Both the position numbers and the translations under genes were made by a program. DNA of 64,000 nucleotides from Eledone cirrhosa. Taxonomy: Eukaryota. This document shows positions 55,385 to 64,000 of the stretch, one piece after another. Where the stretch lies: contig OZ024741.1 in NCBI GenBank assembly GCA_964016885.1, forward strand, positions 307,396,001 to 307,460,000, written 5' to 3'. Position 1 is the stretch's first letter. Each line of letters begins with the position of its first letter. A model generated the notes under the pieces. The model was given only the letters and a program-made list of their open reading frames with translations, did no database searches and was not told the origin of the DNA.

Positions 55385-55435
55385 AGTTTAAGCAAAGAAT
55401 CGCTGCTTTCACTCCTAACGGGATCTTCTGAAACT
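55385..55435 (-). ncRNA. Hammerhead-like fold with a CAGAAGA core
   Basis: AGTTT-CAGAAGA-tcccgttaggagt-GAAAGCA-gcgattctt-TGCTT-AAACT. Second copy at 52775-52825(+). Confidence 0.55.
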
Positions 55436-56059
55436 AACAAAGTCAATCTGTAAACGCAGAAGTGGATATTTCAAAAAACGTTGCAACCGGAGGAAGACAG
55501 GAAGACGATACTTTGGTTCGTGGAAACGTTCCCTGGCAAAGAACGGGAAAAAACGAATATAATACGTCATTAATAGGAGCGGTGAAAAACAATTACGCGC
55601 AAAGACAGAACCACGTTTATGGTATAAAAGAGGTCGTAGACTAATGTTCTCTTAGGTAGTTCATAGAGACGTTCTCTGGCAATGAACGAAAAAAAACGAA
55701 GATAATACGTCATATGTGGAGCGTGGAGAACAATTGCACGCAAAGACAAAACCACGTAAATGGTATAGCTGAAGTCGTAGACTAAAATTCTAACTAGGAG
55801 ACCGCTTCAGAGTTCAGAATAAAGTAAATAAATACATACACGCATACAAATACGTACATACACAAGCATACGCGAAAACACTTACCATAGGTATACAAAA
55901 CCACGCACATATAAATATGTGTGTGTATATAAATATATATATTATATATATATACGATATTAACAAATGGAAACTATATTTATAAAACCATATCTATTTT
56001 ATTATACATATTTCAAGGATATATATATATATATATAACTTTATTAATAATAGGTGTTA

Positions 56060-56470
56060 CTATGCCGGCCCTAGGGAATCAAGAAAATGAATTTTTTTTA
56101 TGTGCACAAGATGCCTTGAAATTTCGGGAAAATCGGCTAGACGTAACGCCTCAAAAAAGCCCTAAAAAGCTGAAGAAATGAAATGTTTCACCTAATGCGG
56201 GCCCTAAGCCATAAAAAAGTTGGATTTACTTTGCTCACAGTATGAGGCAGAGACTGACTAATACATAATTACAATTTGAAGGAAATCGACCTGTCGTAAC
56301 GCCTCAAAAAACCCCTAAAAAGCTGAAAAAAAACGCAGTTTTTCACCTAATGGGCATCAAAAAGTTGAATTTTTTTATGTGCATAACACTCCCTGAAACA
56401 TAGGTAATACACATGTAAAGTTTGAAAAAAGTCGGTTGGGTATTTCTTGAGTTTTAGGGATTCAAACACA

Positions 56471-56543
<73 letters not shown>

Positions 56544-56576
56544 ACACACACACACACACACACAGACACACACACA

Positions 56577-56618
<42 letters not shown>

Positions 56619-56918
56619 TCCTCAGGGAAGTGACGTAGTGCAGACAGCCAGACATACAGACAGATATTATAAGCGCGCGACCTTATATGTATGTATCTAT
56701 ATAAAAAGAGAAAGAGTAAGAATTATAGAGTGAGATTGCTAAATCGCCTAATGCAGTCCAAAGGGCATTGAAAATTTAAAATTTGATTTGCTCAGAACAC
56801 TCCCTGAAACATAAGTATTACATGTGTAAAGTTTGAAAACAGTCGGTTGGGTGTTTCTCGAGATTTAGGGATTCAAACTCACACACACACAGACATCCTC
56901 AGTTTTTTATATATAGAT
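56060..56918 (-). mobile_element. Non-autonomous Helitron-like element with internal duplications
   Basis: Minus-strand start TCTATATATAAAAAACTGAGGATGTCTGTGTG; 56345-56625 is partly duplicated at 56745-56900. Confidence 0.55.
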
Positions 56919-57051
56919 AAGTAACACCAAAGTCGATATACTGTCAAACTAACACATCTTTCAACTGATACAAATTCATCAGATTCATCCTGAGGATGTG
57001 AGATTATGAAATCAGAAATCTTATTCTCTTGCTCTCTATCTCCTCTCTCTC

Positions 57052-57117
<66 letters not shown>

Positions 57118-57219
57118 ATATATATATTATTATTATTATATTTTGTGGGGTCATGCTGCTGATAAAAACACAAGAACCTGGTGGTTTTTACTACAATTTA
57201 TGATAAATTTCCAGTTGGT

Positions 57220-57790
57220 TAATTTAATAACCGGATGGTATTTTATTTATTTATTGTCAAAGGTCTTTCGTCACACATTCTGTGACCTTCTCAGTGACTA
57301 ATTTCTTATTTTGTATCTCCTTTGTTCTGTCCGACACCATCTTGTTTATGTGAGCCTCGTGGACAGCTTTATTATTTTTATTAGTATTAAGATCCCTATT
57401 TTTATTCACTTAATTATCATTAAGTTTAGAAATATATTTATGTGTAAAAATCCAATTATTAGCTCATTTAGGTGTAGGATTAAACAGTATTTCCTCGTTA
57501 TAGCTTCATCTCACCAGAGCATCATTATTATATATAACATTTCGTGTGAAAATATGTTTATTGGCCGAAAGTCTTGTAATTCTACCTGATATATAATTAA
57601 CAATAGATTTAATAATAGATTTAGGGTGATTTAAATTTGTATTCACATAATATATGAATTCACCAGGTATATGATAGGGGCTATGTTATTTAAATCCTAT
57701 GTAACATCTATGAAGTTAACAACGTTTATATTGTTTTCTGCTGTTATAGCGAGGTTATATTTGTTTTAAAACTTATACACATGTCATCTC
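57220..57790 (-). pseudogene. Penelope-like element remnant: RT/thumb fragment plus 3' hammerhead-like motif
   Basis: Translation NKYNLAITAENNINVVNFIDVT*DLNN..PYH..YVNTNLNHPKSIIKSI..RITRLSANKHIF..NDAL, typical of a PLE RT C-terminus. Downstream 57256-57298: GTCA-CTGAGAAG-GTCACA gaatg TGTGAC-GAAA-GACC-TT-TGAC, then AATAAA. Confidence 0.8.
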
Positions 57791-58299
57791 ACTCTCTCAA
57801 ATGTAGAATTGCTGAAATTAAAAGAATATCATCTCTATATACACAACGCCAATGTTAGGGAAATTGCTTTTTAAGTTGTTAATGAGAAACATACCTACGA
57901 GACCAGTTACTTGGTTCGAGTCTTTTGACGATTGTTAACGATTTTTACTAATCCAAAGACTACCATTAAATGCTAGAATTGTACATTTATCTGCTATAAT
58001 AATATCTATATCTTTTGCTAGCTGGTGACTTACAGTATTCCACTTCCGATTTAGTAGAATCATGTAAGTGACAATATATTTTAAAAGAAATATAATTATA
58101 TTTAAACAAAAATGAATTATGAATAAATATATATGTATATATATGTATATGTGTATATGTATATGTATATGCACAAAGCTGTGGAGGGGAACTGTAGCTC
58201 ACAAAGGAACGGCGAAGGTTTCAAAAACATTATTTTTGTCCGTTTCCTTGCCGCTTTAGTTTGGATTGCCTCGAGAACGTAACCTTATTACATAATGAA

Positions 58300-58374
58300 G
58301 CTGTCTGATGAGATCATGACACTGGTAGCGTGAAATCACGCGGCCACTGTCGTCCCTGAAATATGTATCACAGC
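58300..58374 (+). ncRNA. Type I hammerhead with a long stem II
   Basis: GCTGT-CTGATGA-..atgacactgg..gcgtg aaat cacgc..ccactgtcgt..-GAAA-TATGTA-TC-ACAGC, followed by AATAAA and (CT)n(TA)n. Confidence 0.72.
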
Positions 58375-58423
58375 CTTATCAATAAAGGACTCTTTAACAT
58401 CTACAACAACTTCACATTTTTCT

Positions 58424-58532
<109 letters not shown>

Positions 58533-58940
58533 AAAAAGTATGACCCCGACGGCAGAGCTCAAGCCGTTTCGACGGCTATTTCTGGACTAATTTAGCTCTG
58601 CCGTCGGGGTCATACTTTTCCTATTACCCACTCTACTACCCTAAGTATTGAGTACTCTGGTGCGTTATGATCCATCTGGTTCCTTGCCACAATTCCTTCG
58701 TTATATATATATATACAAATAAATAAAAAAATATACATTGTATTATTTCCCCCGGACATGAATCAAGTTTCTAGCTGTCGTACGAATGTCACCGTCTTTA
58801 CGTCTTTAATGGCTATTAGAAAAACCAATAAAGAAATGCTACCACAATGTAATCACGGTGCATAATCGGTAAGCGAAATATAAGTACTTTGAAAAGCAGC
58901 CGTGAAAATCTTTAACAATAAAAATTGGCGAGTAACATTA

Positions 58941-58972
<32 letters not shown>

Positions 58973-58981
58973 GTGTGTATG

Positions 58982-59037
<56 letters not shown>

Positions 59038-59070
59038 CATACACACACACATATATATATATATATATGA

Positions 59071-59251
<181 letters not shown>

Positions 59252-59254
59252 CAT

Positions 59255-59286
<32 letters not shown>

Positions 59287-60156
59287 TATATATAAACATA
59301 CTGCACAAAATAAACATCAGTATCTTTTAGAGCGAGATATCAGAAAATTATATATAATACAATTCATATTTATTCGTGCGGAAGCATGCATGTTGTGTTA
59401 GGGGTTTCACTTCACAAAGATCATGTTTTCGGACATGAATTAGTTTTGTAATGGTCGTCACTGCAATAAAATGATAAACGTGTACATTACAGTCATCAGA
59501 AAGAAATAGAAAGGCTAATAAGAAAAAGTCACAAACTTATTCGGACAAATGTCAGAATCATTAAAATGGCGGATAAAGTTACTTGTGGTATTCGCTCCAG
59601 TTATCTGCTCCATGAGTTCAAATTCTATCGAGGTCAACGTCACCTCTCACTGCTTCGAGCTTCATAAATAATCAATCAGCTAGATCTTTCTAAATCTCTT
59701 TCATTCTCTTACGATTTTTAACTAATTTTTTTTCTCTTGCACCCTTTCTCTCTCATTCCCACTCGCACTCACACACACACCCTCACTCTCCCTGGAAGAA
59801 ATCGGCTCTTTAAAACAGAGTTTCGGCAGGTTTGAATGTGCGGAGAGTACGTCATACCGATGCCCCCATGATACCACAAAAAGTTCAGAGCCCATGAGTG
59901 TATTTGTCAATATGCACAAACACGGAATAAAACAGTAAAAATCTTAAAGTGACATTTATAACAATAATTGTTTCTAGCAATAATGGTGATAAATAACTAT
60001 AACAAGGGTATTCTGTCTTGCAAGCTGTTAGAAAAGGGCTACATAAAATTTGAATAAATTTAACATTGAAGGATTTAATATTGATGTGATACAATATATG
60101 TATATATGGCTTGTTCGATGTGAAAGTGTATATTTATATAAATTCCCTAATCGCTA

Positions 60157-60198
<42 letters not shown>

Positions 60199-60332
60199 TG
60201 GTAACACAACAGTTAGTTCACCATATCGAGAACAATTGTTTTCGGTATGGTGAACTAACTGTTGTGTTACCAACTCCGCCTAAGTCGTCCCATAGACTGA
60301 GTCATTTACCACTACGGATATTACATTCCAGT

Positions 60333-60425
<93 letters not shown>

Positions 60426-60440
60426 ATATATCTATATATA

Positions 60441-60476
<36 letters not shown>

Positions 60477-60848
60477 ATGTTTAATATAGAAATGGCTTCT
60501 ACAGGAGTCGAACTGCTTCATGCGAAGGAATAATAGTTTCCTTCGAATCAAACAGTTCTAGTCTTAAGGAAGCCATCTCTATATTAAACAGTATATACTC
60601 TACTATGTATTGAGTACCTTACTTACTGCCATTACCCCCGATTGAACCTGGCATACACACACACACATATATATATATACATACATACACACAGACACAC
60701 ACACAGACACACACACATACATACATATATATGTGTGTGTGCATTTAAGTACGTATGTATGTATGTGTGTGGTGTATGTATGTATGCATAAACACATACA
60801 TACACCTCCATATATGTATATATACACATACATACATACATACATACA

Positions 60849-60904
<56 letters not shown>

Positions 60905-60906
<2 letters not shown>

Positions 60907-61210
60907 ACGAAGGAAGTATGGTAAAAAACCAGGTGGACCATAATGCACCAGAGTACTCATTACTTAGGGTAGTAGAGTGGGTAATAGGAAAATGTTTAAC
61001 CCCGACGGCAGAGCTCAAGCCGTTTCGAGGGCTATTTCTGGACTAAATTAGAATGTTTAGCTTGGTAAATAAACAGCTGAACTTTTCAAGGGGTAATTCC
61101 TTATGCCCCTTGAAAAGTTCGGCTATTTATTTACCACGCTAAAAATTCTAATTTAGTCCAAAAATAGCCCTCGAAACGTCTTGATCTCTGCCGTCGGAGT
61201 TAAACATTTT

Positions 61211-61213
<3 letters not shown>
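60905..61213 (-). mobile_element. Family B palindromic element with complete U3/A8-variant hammerheads on both arms
   Basis: Minus 60999-61094: ACCCC-TTGAAAA-G..gctgttt..aaatagc..C-GAAACGGC-ttgagctct-GCCGTC-GGGGT. Plus arm at 61105-61200. Confidence 0.75.
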
Positions 61214-61262
<49 letters not shown>

Positions 61263-61491
61263 AAGTTATATTTAAAATTGTTGGGTTACAACTAGTAAAT
61301 ATTTATAACTGATATAAAAGCACTCGACAAATATTTGAGTGTGTGACTATATAGTCACACACTCAAATTACATGCTTATTGATATATATATATATATATA
61401 CAAACATACCACCTTATTCATGTATATATAGTAAGACATATACAAACACATATATTAGAATGTATATATATATATTTGAATATATTTGGGC

Positions 61492-61569
<78 letters not shown>

Positions 61570-62009
61570 ATATATATTTGTATCTATGTATGTGTATATA
61601 TATATATATATATGCATGTGTGTTAGGGGGTGATTGTGTGTGTGTGTGTGTATGCGTGCGTAGATTGTGTGTATGTATGTATATATAGTGTTAAACTAAT
61701 ATATTTCTTCATCGTACTGTATCGTTTGCTTTGTTATTTCTTTTTAATTTTTGCACACACACACAGACATATATATATATATATATATATATACATTACA
61801 TATATATATTCATATATATACATACATTTTTATATATGTGTTTGCATATGTCTTACTATATATATATGAATAAGGTGGTATATTTGTATATATATATATT
61901 TGTGTGTGTGTGTGTCTGTGTGTGTACATGAATACTTCATCATCATCATCATTTTACGTCCGCTTTTCCCTGCTTGCAAGGGTGTATATATATATATATA
62001 TATATATAT

Positions 62010-62110
<101 letters not shown>

Positions 62111-63324
62111 ATATTCATATTTACATATATATGAAAAATTGAATAAACCTTATTTATATATTTAGAAACAAATAATTGTATTTAGAACATAAAATTTAAA
62201 AAACAGTATCCACTGAAATTTATCTAAAAGGACAAATACAATATCGGAAAACAACAGCTTCACCTATTTTGGGGCAGGTTTTTTCACAAATTCTTACTTC
62301 CACACTACTACCACCTTACACGCTATACCCACATTCATATATTTAAATATATAAAAATACACACCCTATACTGCACACGCAATGCCTCAAATTCATGAAG
62401 ATATAAATATAAAAATCCACACAAACACATCATATACAAACAAATATATATACATATCTACTTGCATGCATATATTCATACATATATGGATGCATACATA
62501 CATACATATATGTATGTATGTAAAAGGTAACCAGAAATAACAACACGATCGGTATATACATACACTTATACATACATGCATGCTTCTTTCCATACATCCA
62601 TTTATCGATCCATCCATCCACCCATACATACATACATACATATATACATACATACATACATACATACATACATACACACACATGCATACATACATATATA
62701 CATACATACGTACATACATACATATATACATATTAAACATTATATACTCACATATTAAAAAACCGCTTTTTTTTCATATAACAAGCAAAACCAACCTTCA
62801 ATTATTTTCTATTTTATTTTCATGGTACAAAAACAAACAAATACAAAGAGCAAGACGAAAAATAACAACAAAAATCGATATTTATTTTTTTCATTGTAAA
62901 TATAATTTATTGAAAATAACAAAAGATTACACAAAAAACTATATATTGAAGTCAAGCAAAATAATAAAAAGTATCGCAAACATTTATTTCCCACTATATA
63001 TATATACACACGCACATATATATGAGTCTCTATGTATATATATACATACATATATTTATATATATATAAATGTATGTATATATATATATATATAAATAAA
63101 TGCATATATATATATATATATATATATATACATTCATACAGACATGCAGGTATATATGTATACAATATATATTCAATATAGAAGTTGTCAAATTTTTTTC
63201 ATTATTAACTTTCAAATATTGAACTTGGATTCAATTACAGTCTTAAAGCATTAAATTTAAAAAAAAAGACTTCGAAACAAAACAAAATATTGAGTTCCTT
63301 CGTGTGTAACATGTTAAAAACACA

Positions 63325-63405
<81 letters not shown>

Positions 63406-64000
63406 CACACAGGCACGCACATATATACAGATTGCGTCACACTAGCCACATTAATATGAAACGACGACAACAAACGAAATGTAACATACTAGTAAATTGA
63501 AAAAGAATTCCTGTTGCGAATATTTTCAATGGTTGTTCCTTGTTTTCAAAGAATTTGATTTAATTCTAACTTTCTATTACATTATTATTACTGACATCAT
63601 TATTATTGCTACTTACTACTACTATCATTATTATTATTATTACTATTATTACTATTATTATTATTGGGGTCGATTTAATCGGCTTTCCCCTCACCTTCAG
63701 ATTGCTGGCCTTATTTATTTATGTATTTGTTGTTGTTGTTTTCAAATTTTTATTGGGACTATTATCTGAAATATAATTTCAGTTCTCGAATTTCATTCTC
63801 TACCAATTTTTAGTTGTAAGCTTTTCTCTCGTTAATAGTCTTTCTCAATAAAGTTCGCACTTTTTTTACTAGCTCCCCAAAATGTCGTGATTTCTCTCTC
63901 TCTCTTGTCCTTTCTGTCGTGCCCCTTCTCTCTCTCGCTCTCTCTCTCTCTCCCCACACACGCAGACACACACAGAAACCCAAACACACACATATATAAT

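Noticed and set aside
55527-55790. Two ~140-bp diverged tandem repeats
   Set aside because: Local duplication with no structure or coding signal that I could support.

Overview
AT-rich, microsatellite-saturated animal non-coding DNA. The repeat content resembles octopus/coleoid cephalopod sequence (inference). No host gene is confidently recognisable; there is one candidate exon. The only intact coding unit is a full-length Tx1/L1-clade non-LTR retrotransposon (42267-47982, ORF1+ORF2) inside a (TATC)n tract, followed by two 5'-truncated relatives in the same tract. Other remnants: R4/Dong-like RLE LINE pieces abutting (TACA)n, a Penelope-like RT, an RTE LINE, a hAT-like transposase, Helitron-type elements, MITEs and many tRNA-SINE copies. 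The main unexplained signal is at least eight sequence-unrelated families of short (TA)n-embedded elements carrying type I hammerhead-ribozyme folds. These include variant cores (U3/A8, U4A, recurrent U10.1-U11.1), are often arranged as head-to-head palindromes, and several share an ACTC...GAGT hairpin. A second candidate novelty is an intron-retaining tRNA-derived element that ends in the Tx1 3' tail and sits in (TATC)n. All folds and alignments were done by eye; coordinates of decayed elements are approximate.
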